NCBI GenBank assembly: GCA_030141605.1
Contig: JAQGDQ010000072.1
Span: 558,001 to 622,000, forward strand
Direction of reading: 5' to 3'
From: Tubiluchus corallicola
Lineage: Eukaryota; Animalia; Priapulida
Length of the DNA: 64,000 bases
A program made the translations under genes and the position numbers. Shown here one piece after another: positions 12,249-24,400 of this stretch (within the stretch, counting starts at the first letter, position 1; each line of letters opens with the position of its first letter). The notes under the pieces were generated by a model. It searched no databases. It was not told the DNA's origin and saw only the letters and a program-made list of their open reading frames with translations.

Positions 12249-15200
12249 CTATGGGAATATACCTTTGTCTTTCTGCCAATCAAATGTTTCACTTGTTAGA
12301 TCAGAAAATGATGGACGTTCTTCAGGAAAAGCATTCCAACATCTTAGCATTGTTTTGTATATTCGATCAGGACAGTTATTTGGTTTTGCAAGACGGTCAC
12401 CACTTTCCATTTTTTTCTGATGTTCCTCTGGTGAGGAAGCGAGCTTTGGGAACTGTCCATTTGAATAGATTTCCCACAACGTAATCCCGTAACTAAACAC
12501 ATCTGCTTTTACCCCATGTTTTAGATCTTTGAAAACCTCTGGTGCATACCAATAGATTGGCAGTTTACGTTCTTTATGTAAAAAGCGATAATAATCTTTA
12601 CTCGACTCAGAAAACCTAGACAGGCCAAAGTCACTAATTTTAACGCATGTGTCAGTAAAAACTAACACATTTCGAGCAGATAAATCTCTATGCACCACAT
12701 TTCGAGAAGACAAATATTCCATACCCTTAGCTATGCAATGAGAAAAGGCCACTTTGTATTTAATACCTAAACCTCCATTGGCTTTATGCCTTTTCAGGTA
12801 CCCATCTAGGGATCCCTGCCGTGCGTATTCAGTTACAATAGCAATTATGTGTCCACCATCTAAAATGACACCTTCGAATTGCAAAACATTTGGATGCTGA
12901 AGCTTGCTCATCACCTTTACTTCATCCTTTAACTCATCGGGGCTTGTTCTCCCCTTAATAAGATATTTAACAGCAACTTCTTGGTGTTCATTTGTGCCAT
13001 CATTCCACATGTAATAATAAACATCACCAAATGCACCTTGTCCTATTTTCTTTTTACCAGATAAATCCACTTTAGGTATGTGCTTAATGTTCTCTAGTAA
13101 CTCGTCAATACTATTCTCAGTCATACCAGTACGCATCGGTAGGTAACTCACACCCATCTTACCAGCTTCACCATTGACAGTTCTTAATTGCAAAGTAGAT
13201 TGTTCCATTAACGTTGGGATAATGCTTGGATTTCTACCTGCTGGCAAGCTTTCACTCAACATAACAACCCTTTCATGAATACTGCGAAGGATTTTCATTG
13301 GACCAAGCCGTTCTGCCGGGTTCGCATTCCAACATTTTAGCAGCACATTTTCGTAAATTTCAGTATGATTGGAAAAATCTGGTTCGGGAAGACGGTTCTG
13401 AGTACGATAGAAACGAATAGCCTCAGAGCGATCAGTTGGCTCAGGTTCTTGAGCAAAAGAAAATATTTCCCAGAATGTTGTCGCACAGGCCCATATGTCA
13501 TCTTCTGCTTTAAGAGAAAGTGGGTTTTGCTGATTTTCTAAAGCTATCCAATGCACTCTATTGCGATAAGCACTTGGTAAACCAGGATCAGCTAATTTTA
13601 CTCTAAATGGACCTTGGCCTTCAACAACCATCACATTATTGAGTCGAATGTTTCCATGGACTATTTTCAACATGTCTAAATAGTTTAACGCTTTGGCAAT
13701 GCAACCGCATGCTTCAAAGAGTTGCAGCAGTAACTGGTCGTTTGGATAATGAAGAAGTTTCTCTTTATTACCACGGAGATACTTATCCAATGAACCAAGC
13801 ATCAAAGGTTCCATGACAAGCATCAGTGGGTGAAGACACACACCAAACACATGCACTAACTGTGCATCATGTGTATAAAGAAATCGATCGCAACCGCTTT
13901 GAAACTCCTGTGACAGTTGTAAAGAAATGTGTTCCTGTTTCAAATGTTTTACTGCCACTGGTATAGCTTGGCCATCAGCAATTCTCCAACGCGAATCTTT
14001 ATTGACAATGGAGAAACGTCCTTCAGCAACTGCATCTCGAGACCGCGAAAAGATGATATCATTGTATTTGATCAATGCTGGATCATCACTGCCACCATCA
14101 CGACAACACTGACTAGCAGGTGTACTTTCTTTATGCTTTTTACACAGTAAAACATCGCTATCATCATAATCACTAGGATGAATAAAAAGGTCTGGCATTA
14201 GTTTTTGTTTTGCTTGATCCATATAAAACTCCACCAGAGTGCGAATGTCAAGAAATTTTAAGCCATCCTGGCGGTATTCTAAAGCTACACTGCCATCTTG
14301 TAATCGTTCTATATCAAAACGTAATGGAGATTCAGGGCCATTCTCAGTAAGTCTTTCCAAAAAAAATTTGTCATACTCGGCAGGGCTTTGGCGCAATAAA
14401 TAAAAACCGGCTTTGCCGTGAGACTTCTCCTTCAGCTTATGTGTTGCAAATTTTACACTCACTGGTCCATGAACTCCCTTAAGTGCTGAATCTCTCAGTG
14501 AAGGTGTGATCAGCTGCGAACAAAGGTTATGAATGAAATTCTTTGTTAACCTGTAATAACCATCTACAATAGTGACAAATGACTCAGCAATAGCAAAAGA
14601 AGAAAATTTTAGCAAAGTTGGACAACCTTGAGAATGGCCAACTTCTACTCCAATGCTATCATCATCTTTGGATATGACTTTTAAGGTCAAGGTTATGAGT
14701 TCTTCTATCTCACAGACCTGCCTCCAATTTTTTGAGTTACACAATCTGATTCGTATGCCCGGTTGCTTAGGATGAAAAGGACTAATCTGAACAATCGCGG
14801 GCAAAAAATCATATTCAATTGCTGGTAAAGGTGACTGTGCTTGTGAAAATGTTCCACCCCGATTCTGCGTACCAAGTGTTCCATGACTAGCTTCAACCAC
14901 ATGATGCTCTTGAACGTAAAATATTTCCTGCAAGTAATCCATGTGAGAATCACCACTCAGAAGGTATCTTATGCAATGTTCTCTAAAATATGACTGAGGT
15001 TGATTCTCAGTTAACTTATTTACCTCTTCCAACTTCTGTTCCAGCTTCCTTTTCAATCCGTACTTGCGTAAAAATCCAAGCTCTGAAACAACATGTCTTG
15101 GAAGTACATCAAATATATTATGTTTCTTCAACAACTGCTTAACAGTAGGTATATTTTCATTTCTCATGACACCTAACAAGTCCATGAGAGCAAACCCAAA

Positions 15201-15788
15201 AGACGTCTTCTGCAGTTCATCCTGTGTTACTTTTCCCAAAGACACAGCGTCAATATGACCATGAAGCAAATCATAACGGCATTGACTAAACAGGTAATTG
15301 ACAACCTGTGGACTCAATTTTCTAAAGTCAAGTACTTTGCTTGTTGAGTCAAAGCGAAATGAATGCTCCTTTAAATTTGGCACCATAAAGCAAAACCTGA
15401 GCTGTAGCACTATTGCAGGTGCATCGTCCGAACTGTAGATCACATGACCAGGATGAATCCAGGCACCTTTACCTTCAACTTGTGGTTGATAAAGCTGAAA
15501 CAAATTCTTTTCCAAAGGTCCTACATTACACATTTCATGTTTTGCAGCTGAGATCAGTAACTCCTCAGCTGTCACACTAGGCTTCTTTACCTCTAATTTA
15601 AAAACATTTCCTTCTGCAGTAAATAGTTCAATAATAACAGTTGAGGATACACTTTTTCCGATTTTGCTGCGTTTATCATGTGCAGACTCGTCTGTGACAC
15701 TCTCCCTTGAACCTCGTGTTGTTGCTGAATAAGGTCCCGCATGTATTGCACTTACATCATTATTGGCCTCTGCCATTTTTTCTACCAT
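12249..15788 (-). CDS. JAK: Janus kinase (JAK/hopscotch family) non-receptor tyrosine kinase, 1179 aa, single coding exon
   Basis: N-terminal FERM region; SH2-like GFYLLRQSPAEYDKFFL; pseudokinase with VAVK, HGNIRLNN and DPG; kinase with GQGAFG, VAVK, HRDLSARN, DFG, activation-loop YY and PIYWYAPE. The ORF is uninterrupted. A splice-acceptor-like ttttttctag lies about 16 nt upstream of the ATG. Confidence 0.97.
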   Translation of the reverse strand: MVEKMAEANNDVSAIHAGPYSATTRGSRESVTDESAHDKRSKIGKSVSSTVIIELFTAEGNVFKLEVKKPSVTAEELLISAAKHEMCNVGPLEKNLFQLYQPQVEGKGAWIHPGHVIYSSDDAPAIVLQLRFCFMVPNLKEHSFRFDSTSKVLDFRKLSPQVVNYLFSQCRYDLLHGHIDAVSLGKVTQDELQKTSFGFALMDLLGVMRNENIPTVKQLLKKHNIFDVLPRHVVSELGFLRKYGLKRKLEQKLEEVNKLTENQPQSYFREHCIRYLLSGDSHMDYLQEIFYVQEHHVVEASHGTLGTQNRGGTFSQAQSPLPAIEYDFLPAIVQISPFHPKQPGIRIRLCNSKNWRQVCEIEELITLTLKVISKDDDSIGVEVGHSQGCPTLLKFSSFAIAESFVTIVDGYYRLTKNFIHNLCSQLITPSLRDSALKGVHGPVSVKFATHKLKEKSHGKAGFYLLRQSPAEYDKFFLERLTENGPESPLRFDIERLQDGSVALEYRQDGLKFLDIRTLVEFYMDQAKQKLMPDLFIHPSDYDDSDVLLCKKHKESTPASQCCRDGGSDDPALIKYNDIIFSRSRDAVAEGRFSIVNKDSRWRIADGQAIPVAVKHLKQEHISLQLSQEFQSGCDRFLYTHDAQLVHVFGVCLHPLMLVMEPLMLGSLDKYLRGNKEKLLHYPNDQLLLQLFEACGCIAKALNYLDMLKIVHGNIRLNNVMVVEGQGPFRVKLADPGLPSAYRNRVHWIALENQQNPLSLKAEDDIWACATTFWEIFSFAQEPEPTDRSEAIRFYRTQNRLPEPDFSNHTEIYENVLLKCWNANPAERLGPMKILRSIHERVVMLSESLPAGRNPSIIPTLMEQSTLQLRTVNGEAGKMGVSYLPMRTGMTENSIDELLENIKHIPKVDLSGKKKIGQGAFGDVYYYMWNDGTNEHQEVAVKYLIKGRTSPDELKDEVKVMSKLQHPNVLQFEGVILDGGHIIAIVTEYARQGSLDGYLKRHKANGGLGIKYKVAFSHCIAKGMEYLSSRNVVHRDLSARNVLVFTDTCVKISDFGLSRFSESSKDYYRFLHKERKLPIYWYAPEVFKDLKHGVKADVFSYGITLWEIYSNGQFPKLASSPEEHQKKMESGDRLAKPNNCPDRIYKTMLRCWNAFPEERPSFSDLTSETFDWQKDKGIFP

Positions 15789-17098
15789 TAGCTTGCAGCA
15801 TAATCTAGAAAAAATATTTAATTACAGTCATTCCGACAAGGGTAAATTCTTAGTTTCATTAAAGAATGAAAAGTGCAGGAATACACGAACAACTTTTTTA
15901 GAAGGCACAGCTAGGCAGTGCCATGAGAAATAATAACTGATATTCATAGGTGTGATAACAATTTTTAACGTAATACACAGGAATTAATTCCAATAAAAAA
16001 GTTGATAACAAAAAAGTGTATTGGTTATAGATATATTTACAAAAAAATAATTTTACAGAAGTGAAACAGACCTAGCACACATACTAATACCATATTCATT
16101 TTTAATATTCAAATCAGAACTATTTAATAAAATATCCTAATGATCTGTTCCATTTCTGTTAAATTAACTTTTTTTAAATATATCTATAACCATTACATGT
16201 GTGTTTGTACAAAAAATGTATCGGTTATAAATATATTTAAATATTAAAACATACAAAGGGTGGGTTCTGCTTCTTCATACTAGAAACTTATAATCTCAGG
16301 CACAACACAGGGCAGTATAGTGGGGCTTCAGTTGTTCATTTTACCCTGAAGTTCTTGATGCTGTCACTTGTAACCTACTGAGGATTTGAAATTGCACCAA
16401 TCATGTATTATTGTGTTGTGTTATTGACCAGTTAACAAACAGTCCTACAAATGGCCACAATATAGCTGCAATTAAATGCATCATGCTCCATTTAGGCTTT
16501 GGCAATCCTCCTCTTCAGTATTCCCTTGATGGTACCCCTCTTATCCATGAAGTAATGAATATAATGACTTAAATGGGTTACAGTATCTAATTTGAAACTC
16601 CGAGCACATTGTAAAAACATAGTATCTAAGACATTTTGTATGGTAAATATATTTTTTTGGTGTTTCTTCAGTAAAAACAAAATGCATTTTTGACAGCTTA
16701 TGTGCATGCCTTGTAAGAGTACTGCTGAACAATGTGGTCCCCACACAATTAACAAGATGTAGACAACATTGAAAAGCTCCAGAGATATTCTTCTCGCAGG
16801 CTGCACCAATATGTCAATTTAAATTATATAAATGTTTCTTACTTAGAAAGACTACCCAGATCAAAATTGCATCGATTGGAATTAAGTTTTTCCTGTGATC
16901 TAAAGATCGTACACAAAATTTGTCTTAAAATGGTGGGTCTAAATTTGGATAATTTTTTTCCAGTATGCTTCAATCAAACGTGTAGTCACAACTTTAAACT
17001 GTTTACACCTTTTTCAAGATAAAATGTCTCAAAATTCTCATTTGCCAACGGAGTTGTAAATGGATTTGGAATGCTCTGGGTTGTTGTGTAGTCGATGC

Positions 17099-18901
17099 GG
17101 CACTCTATTAGAATCCAGGTTCCAGTCGATTTTCACCAAGCGATAACCTAGTCGATATGATTGCTTAGCGCAATATGACGATCTGCACTGCTCTCACAAT
17201 TGCTCGAAAACGGTCAGCGGGCAGTCAGCGTTTTTATGCCCAGTACGTCTGTGTATAGAATTATGGGAAAATAAACATTATTATTTATTTAATAATAGAG
17301 ATAATACTGAAACACTAAAAATGCCGATCATGACTCTATTCAATCAGAACGTTAGTTCGTTTGACTGAAAAAATAAATTGTTGGCTTAAATAACGTTTTT
17401 CAGTGGTTTTTTATATTATTATAAGTTATAGCACATATGTTGGCCCTATTAGGACCTAGCACTGAAAAGGGTTGGTCTGGCGAAAATGCGAAGCATATCC
17501 ATTTATTCAGCTGGATACCACTGTGCGATATGAAGTAAAATACTCTCCAAGTGTTTGAACCACTGGACTGAGTAGCAAAATAAAAATATTATAGCATTGA
17601 CTCAAAGCTTACACATTTTCCCATTGTCTTTCTTAACCTAAATTAACTTGCTATACAATTATTTTAATTTGCATCCAGCCCACCCTTGACTAAAATTTAA
17701 CAGGAAAAAGTTCTGCGTTTTAGAATTTAAGGTTTTTAACATTAAAAATTAAGTATGAAGAGTTCAAAGATACGTAAACGAAATGTTTATTAACATGACG
17801 GAGCAGCCCTGTGGAAATTTAAATCTGATAATGAAGATGACTATGATATTAATAATAATTGTTATTATGAAAAATTACTTAGCTATTTCAGAATGAACAC
17901 ACTTTTTGAAACAAAAATACTTAACGCTGCTTGTAGTAATTTAATTATTTATTCAGGTTAAAATACGTTTTATACGATCGAACGCATCAAAAATTGAGTC
18001 AAATATCTCCATTTTTTTGTTTTTTATAAAAACAAACGGCGCTATTACACTTTCGCACCGCCTAGCTTTTTCTAGGTTATTACTCGTTTCTAGGCTCGTA
18101 CGTCATCATTCTATTATTCTTACGTCATCAGTGAATGTTTCCGCTAATCTAATTGTAATTTAATCATATATTTAGGTATAATTACCAATAATTACGCTGT
18201 ATTCACAGTTCTACACCTATACAGGGCATATCGCTATCTTGTTTGTGTGTAGTCACGTGAATTTCGTACTAGTTTAAGCATTATCAGGGCCTAGCTTAAA
18301 AGGCACGTGACACACTTTCATCTTAATTGCATTTACGAAATAAAGAAAAGACCTTTACTTTTATAATCTAATATGTGGGAACACTGTAATACGATACAAA
18401 CTCCCGTGGCTGCAACCATAATAATCATAAATTATGCAAAGAAACTAAAACTACAGGTTAAGGGCCACATACGTCACTGTGCGAGAGCGATTGCGCATTA
18501 GTGGTGTAATCACGGTTATTCACGTGAAGCTTTTTGCGTAATGGCGGCGGTAAGTAATGTATGATTTTAATCTGGAATTATAAAGTGTAAGAAGCAATAA
18601 TATTATGGGAATATGGTGTATATTACGCCTGTTTGTCTGCTTTCTGGCCTGCAGGCGTGAAAAGAACCAATAGGCCAGGAAAAGCTAGGCGGTGCGAAAG
18701 TGTAATAGCGCCAAACAAACGGTAAACTTAATGAACTTTTATATTATATCAGTAGTATTATTACATTAACTTTAAGTCAGGGCTGATCAACCATTGTATC
18801 ATATGTGCAGCGTATCATCATCATATTGCGCTAAGCAATCATATTGAAATAAGCGATCGCTCGGCAAAAACCGAGCGGTATCTGGATTCTAATAAAGTGC
18901 C
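17099..18901. mobile_element. Non-autonomous DNA transposon (MITE family B), interrupted by family A copy 2
   Basis: Imperfect TIRs of about 80 bp (GGCACTCTATTAGAATCCAG... / ...CTGGATTCTAATAAAGTGCC; inner ATATGATTGCTTAGCGCAATATGA inverted). Perfect 8-bp TSD GTCGATGC at 17091-17098 and 18902-18909. Confidence 0.88.
18038..18712. mobile_element. MITE family A copy 2, inverted relative to copy 1
   Basis: Same 33-bp TIR. Perfect 8-bp TSD AAACAAAC. Internal sequence is the near-identical reverse complement of 8553-9301, without the internal duplication. Confidence 0.94.
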
Positions 18902-19627
18902 GTCGATGCTAGTATTAGTTTTTAGCAATCGATTAGCAAACGTTAATTTACTGCTTTTTTGTAACTTTATTCGAAACATGTGATATGACTGTTACAGGCC
19001 TAGCTCCTAACTCGTTACTGTAAATAACGTCATAAAGTGTAAATAATTTATAGTTAGTAACATTTTAAAGTGGGCTTTAATGAGATGTAACCAATTTTAG
19101 TGTATTGCTTTTATAGACTTGCATTATTTGTGCATCATAGGATCAGCATAAATGCACTTGCACCTCCTGATTTCCTTTTTTATGCTGTTTTACTGAATGC
19201 CCAATATAAAATAAAACTAAGCTATACAACTTTTCAGTTGGACCGAACTCAAGGAAATGGAGGGGAAACAGCACAAGTACCCTCCAACTATGCATTATCA
19301 CATGTATCCTAGAAAGTACAACTACAATCTCACTTCATTAGAACTAGAACTAAGTTAAGTAAGCATCAGTTCAGTAATTCATGAAACTAGTTCCCTAGGC
19401 TGACACTAACCGACTAGGTTACACAAGTTCACTTAGTAATTCTATTTCTACTTAACATATTAAATTAGAACCGCTACAAGTTCAACATTAACAACAATGA
19501 ACAGCGGTACCAAATAATATAATTACAGTGCACACATTCGACACTCGATTAGATTAGAAAGGATTACGTGACAAAAAACACAGATATTCACTATGATTCA
19601 ATTCAGCGTATTAGTTAACACCTGTAG

Positions 19628-20407
19628 GGCGCCGAGTGACCCACTAGCGGAAGTAGGACACTTCCGGTAAAACTATGTGGCTAAATTTGCGGAAAAGCAG
19701 TGTCGTACATGGGCAGCCCAAGTAGGACACTGGCAATTTCTGCCGAGAATTATGACATAATGAAACGTAAAACTAAATTTTTTTTAGAAAAAGTAACTAT
19801 AATAATGATGGACGCAGCTTGACAATTTACAATGTATCGTTTACAATAATATCATCACTATTATTAGCTCCATTAATATCATCATAATATTAAACTAAGT
19901 ATCTAACGCTTTAACGAGAGAAACTATGTAGGGCACATAACTCGCTAACCCGTTTGCTTAGTAGAAAACAATTATTTGTCCAAGAGAGAGTGAAAAGGAT
20001 TACCTGTCTGTGAAGCACGACAAAATAGAAAATGATATACCTTAGGCAAATGTTGGAATCGCCTTAAGAAGTGCGCTTATTTCACTTCAAAGAAGATTAA
20101 TATTGGCAAATATTAATTCTACTATCTCAGAATAAAATTCTTTTATTTTATCAGATGTATAATAAATTATTCAACGTGTACTGATGTTTTTAATTATTAT
20201 TATTATTACATAAACTAGGGAGAACGGTCCTGAACGGACGGTGTCAGTACGCTTAACGAACTCAATTCGCGACCTGTCTCTAGTGTCCTACTTGGGCAGC
20301 CCATGTACGACATGTCCTACTTGGGCTAACCCTTGTACGACGCGTCCTACTTGGGCTAGCCCATGTACGCCAATTGTCCTACTTCGGCTAGTGGTTTACT
20401 CGGCGCC
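19628..20407. mobile_element. MITE family C (GGCGCC termini) with subterminal tandem repeats of about 29 bp
   Basis: TIR GGCGCCGAGTGACCCACTAGCGGAAGTAGGACA versus TGTCCTACTTCGGCTAGTGGTTTACTCGGCGCC. GTCCTACTTGGGC...GTACG occurs three times at 20285-20370, with one inverted unit at the left end. No TSD seen. Confidence 0.78.
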
Positions 20408-20550
20408 CAACACACCAATCAACATCGAACGGATCGCCATAGTAGTAAAGTAAGCCTTGCTTTCTAGTCATTTCATATCTATTACCAATTTGTCCACTTG
20501 CTACTACTGCGAAGAAGACGATGAGGATCGCGATTGAACCACGACGATAT

Positions 20551-20890
20551 TAGGGCTGAGCATTCTCTACCGGAAAGCGAATTCTAATCGAATCGAATTT
20601 GTGTCTTTCGAATTCGAATCGTACTGAATTTCGGTATTTCCAAATCGAATTCTGTTTGAAAGATTTTCTAACAAGTTTTCGAACCACCAGTAAAAATCAG
20701 TCTTATAGGGACTACGCACATTATACAATCTTGTTCTGCAGTAAAATCACCAGTAATTTATTTAAAAGTTGGGCTCAGGAATCACAGCTAAATTGTGCTA
20801 ATTGCATGAAGTTTCTACGTTTTAATGACAAGGAACGTATGTGGTTGAAATACTGAATTATTCAAATTTATAATTATAAGTCGAATTTCA
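20551..20890. mobile_element. Second, truncated copy of the hAT-like MITE at 10330
   Basis: Colinear similarity (TAGGG..CATTCTC..GAAAGCGAAT..TCGAATTCGAATCG..TTGTTCTGCAG..CAGCTAAA.TGTGCTAATTGCATG). Confidence 0.7.
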
Positions 20891-20963
20891 AATATGGCAT
20901 CTAGATTGTCATAATGGCCTCTCTCTGCTGTAAAATTGACTTTATTATAATAGTAATAATGTC

Positions 20964-20965
<2 letters not shown>

Positions 20966-21035
<70 letters not shown>

Positions 21036-21036
21036 T
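20966..21036. repeat. (TA)n plus (TACACA)n microsatellite
   Basis: Visible directly. Confidence 0.95.
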
Positions 21037-21059
21037 AGAATACCTTATCCAAAGAAATA

Positions 21060-21430
21060 AGGACCCAGATGGTAACTATCTGTAAACGTTGTGATCTGAT
21101 GTTGATTTTGAAGAAGCTCACAAGGTCTGCAGTCTCATGCCTTTACTCGAGAGTAGAAATTGAAGTGGGATCCAAATCAATAGCAATACATCTATCCTGA
21201 GTTGTTTCGAGAGCATTCTTGAGAATAGCATACTGGGTTGACCATACAACCGATGCATATTCGGGGTTGAACAACAGCTTTGCAGAGAGGAATAGTTACA
21301 GCTGCATTTCTCTAGTTTATTAATCATGCCAATACGACGGTTTGCTTTTGCAATGATATGATTCACAGGGCAATTTCATTTGAGGTCATTAGAAATCATT
21401 ACTCCCAAGTCTCTGGCTTTTTTACTCCCA
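21060..21430 (-). mobile_element. CR1-group LINE 3' fragment
   Basis: RDLGVMIS.DLK, HIIAKANRRIGMI and EYASVVW motifs. Confidence 0.7.
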
Positions 21431-21479
21431 AGTACAACCTTTTTCAGCTATTTGAGCATTATATAGAAAGTAAAGCGTA

Positions 21480-24400
21480 ATAAGGTTCTAAGGTTTTAAG
21501 ACAAATAACTTAGAACAATATACAGTAGTAGGATATGCAGCGTTAGATTCTTTGAAGTGCCAGAATATGATGACGAGAACGTGTATGATTTAGTAGTGAA
21601 CTTCTCCAATGGAGTTCTTAAGTTGGATCACCTTAATCAAGGCGCAATTGAAATATGCCATCGTACAGGGAACGTCAGTGGAAACAAACACAGAGCAAAG
21701 GATATGACTACAAACGAGATGTGATCTTAGCAGTACAAAATTTTGTGAGAGAAAGTAGGAAAACCACTTCCTCCCCTCAAAGTGTATGAAGACCTAACAG
21801 GACCTAATATGGAAGTTATGAGGGCAGCCCAAAATTAACGTGACAAGAAAAAGAATCAAAGGTGTATGGACGTCGGTTGGGAAGATTCTGATTAAGGATA
21901 ACAATAACAAGATTATTCGAGTATTTCATTTGGATGATCTACATAAAAGTACTGTTTTAATGAGGAGAAATGCTTGTCTGGACAATACACGGAGATGTTC
22001 AACGGTGGACACTCATCTTCTAAGAGCAGTTCTACGCCATTTAGGTGTAATGCTGTAGATCAACCCGTGAAACCAGTTACACCACCTAAGCCAGATATGT
22101 CGATTCTACCTAGGAGATCAACGCGTCAGAGTAGTCGTATTATTATAAAATGAACAATTACCTTGATAAAGTTATGAGACACTATAAATAGCTTAAAAAC
22201 GTAAATAAGATAAGAAATTATTTTTTCTACTAATTCTTGTTTATTTACCAAATGTAAAAAGTTTAGACTTCAAAAGCTACCAGTTCTCAAGTTCAATGTC
22301 ACATAGTTTTCACTAACTGTTGTTTGCATGTATACTTAGTGCTGATTGTTTATTTCCCTGTTTATTCTTCATTTTTCGTGATATTTGTTTTATTTGCTTT
22401 GTTATAAGACTTTTGTCTATAGGTGTACATATCATTAAGTCATGCTTAAGTGTGGGCATACACGTATGCTGTACATCTAAATAAAAGTATGTGATTGTGT
22501 GGCTGCGTGAATGTGTGCGTGCGCGCGTGTATGGATGTAGGCAAGCCATATATGTATGCAAATATAGTTCATCTGAAATGTGCACTCGTTCATGTATTAG
22601 AATGTACTAATATGTATATCAAGTATGCATCTTTTACTACTCAAGAAAATTTCAGTGCTTGTAGTTAGGCATTTACTTTAAACTTATAACCAGTAATTAA
22701 TTAACATAGCAAAAATGATTGTGCGATTTTGGTAAACATAATTTAATTGTAAGAGCAGTAATATTGTGACTTTTTAAATCTTATGATTTATACGTGCCGC
22801 TGATAAATTTCTATTGCATATCTAGGAAATAAAACTAATTGGCTTAATCAAAGAATTCGTTTTCCTTTCTTGTATTTATCAACGATGATCTTAATGAACT
22901 CTGATAAAATTACGATTGCATCTTAACACTAATTAAGTATTAGGCCTTTATTTCCGAATTGTACTTGCTTAAATCAGAGCGTATGCTAAATGTATAAACT
23001 TTTGCTAAACTAAATTATTTCATGTTTGCTGCTTATTCATACACTATCATTATCATAACTCCCAGCTTGAAAACATTGTTGATTTTGAGCTATATACCTA
23101 AACCTCAGAGTAGTAAATTTGATACACTGCATGACTTCTTGTTTTCGTGCTCGTGTAAACACATTACAACTACTCTATTTTTTATTGTTTTTTTTTCAGT
23201 TTTTTTCTGTTTTTTCTCTTTGCTTGTTTCTTGTCTTCCTTATTTCCCTTTTGTTTCTCTTATGCAGTGACCACATCTCAAACTAACTGCATTAGTCCTG
23301 TGTGTAATAAAACCGTGAGGTATAACCAGCGTGGATTGTGTTGTGACTGCTGCAATAGATGGCTTCATCTGAAATGTGCTCACTTAACTGTAAAATGGTT
23401 ACGAAGCCTTGGCCGCAGAAACTGTTGGATGGTTTTGCACGTTTGTCTTCAGAACATCTGATAATCAGATGACGATTATAATCATGTTATAAGAAATTCG
23501 TTATTTGATTCTAGAATTTGTCATTATCACTATAATTTAGATCTTTTTCAAACAACACTAAATAGTGTGGACGCAAATTTGCCATTAGAGGATATTGATC
23601 CTGATATACATTTTTCAATCAAGTAGATTCTTTTCCAAAAAGTAAATACTACGACAATGAGCAATTTTTGTTTATGCATTCAAACATAAATTTTAACAAC
23701 GAAGTATCAATGATCCATCTGAATATAAGAAGTTTGTCTGCTAATTATGACCGCTTAACTGTGCTGCTGCAAATGTTACAAACACAATTCTCACTAATTG
23801 CGTTAACTGAAACATGGTTAAATGAAGATACAGAAAAAATGTTTAATTTACCCGGATATACTGTGGTGAATAGAAATAGGAAGAACGTTCATTAAATCAG
23901 ACATGTAGTTTGTACTGAGAAACGACTTAACATCAAACAGTTCTGACCTTGAAAGTATTTTAATTGAAATTCGTAAAGTTAAAGGCAAAAACGTAATAGT
24001 CGGCGTGATCTACAGGCAACCCGGATAAAATCCACAGACATTTGTTGAACAGTTAAATACTTAAACCATCAATAATAAATAAACAAAATAAGCAGTTATT
24101 TTTGTTAGGGGACTACAATATCAATTAATTAAATCACTCTTCGCATCAAGACACGGCTGAGTTTCTTGATACTTTTATTACTAATTATGTTTTTCCAGTT
24201 ATTACTTGTCCTATTCGAATTACAGCATACAGCTCTACAATAATTGATAATATTCTGACAAATGTTATACAGCATCAGTATAGAGCTGGCAATCTCTTAG
24301 TTGATATTGTAGTAGTAGATTGTAAGCTGCTTCAGGATTTGAAATTCTATATAATTGCATCTACATAAATTCTATATAACTCTATACAATCATATTATAT

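Noticed and set aside
12211-15258. Short ORFs overlapping JAK on either strand
   Set aside because: Shadow frames of the long CDS with no recognisable motifs.
8553-18712. JAK delivered as cargo of a composite transposon formed by the two MITE A copies
   Set aside because: The outer flanks (CACAAGCTG versus AAACAAAC) do not match. Each copy has its own TSD, and copy 2 sits inside another element.
19661-19669. STAT/GAS-like TTCCGGTAA upstream of JAK as a feedback site
   Set aside because: A single imperfect 9-mer inside a MITE; expected by chance.
20285-20395. CRISPR-like short repeat array
   Set aside because: The units are adjacent with no unique spacers, lie within a MITE subterminal region, and the context is eukaryotic.
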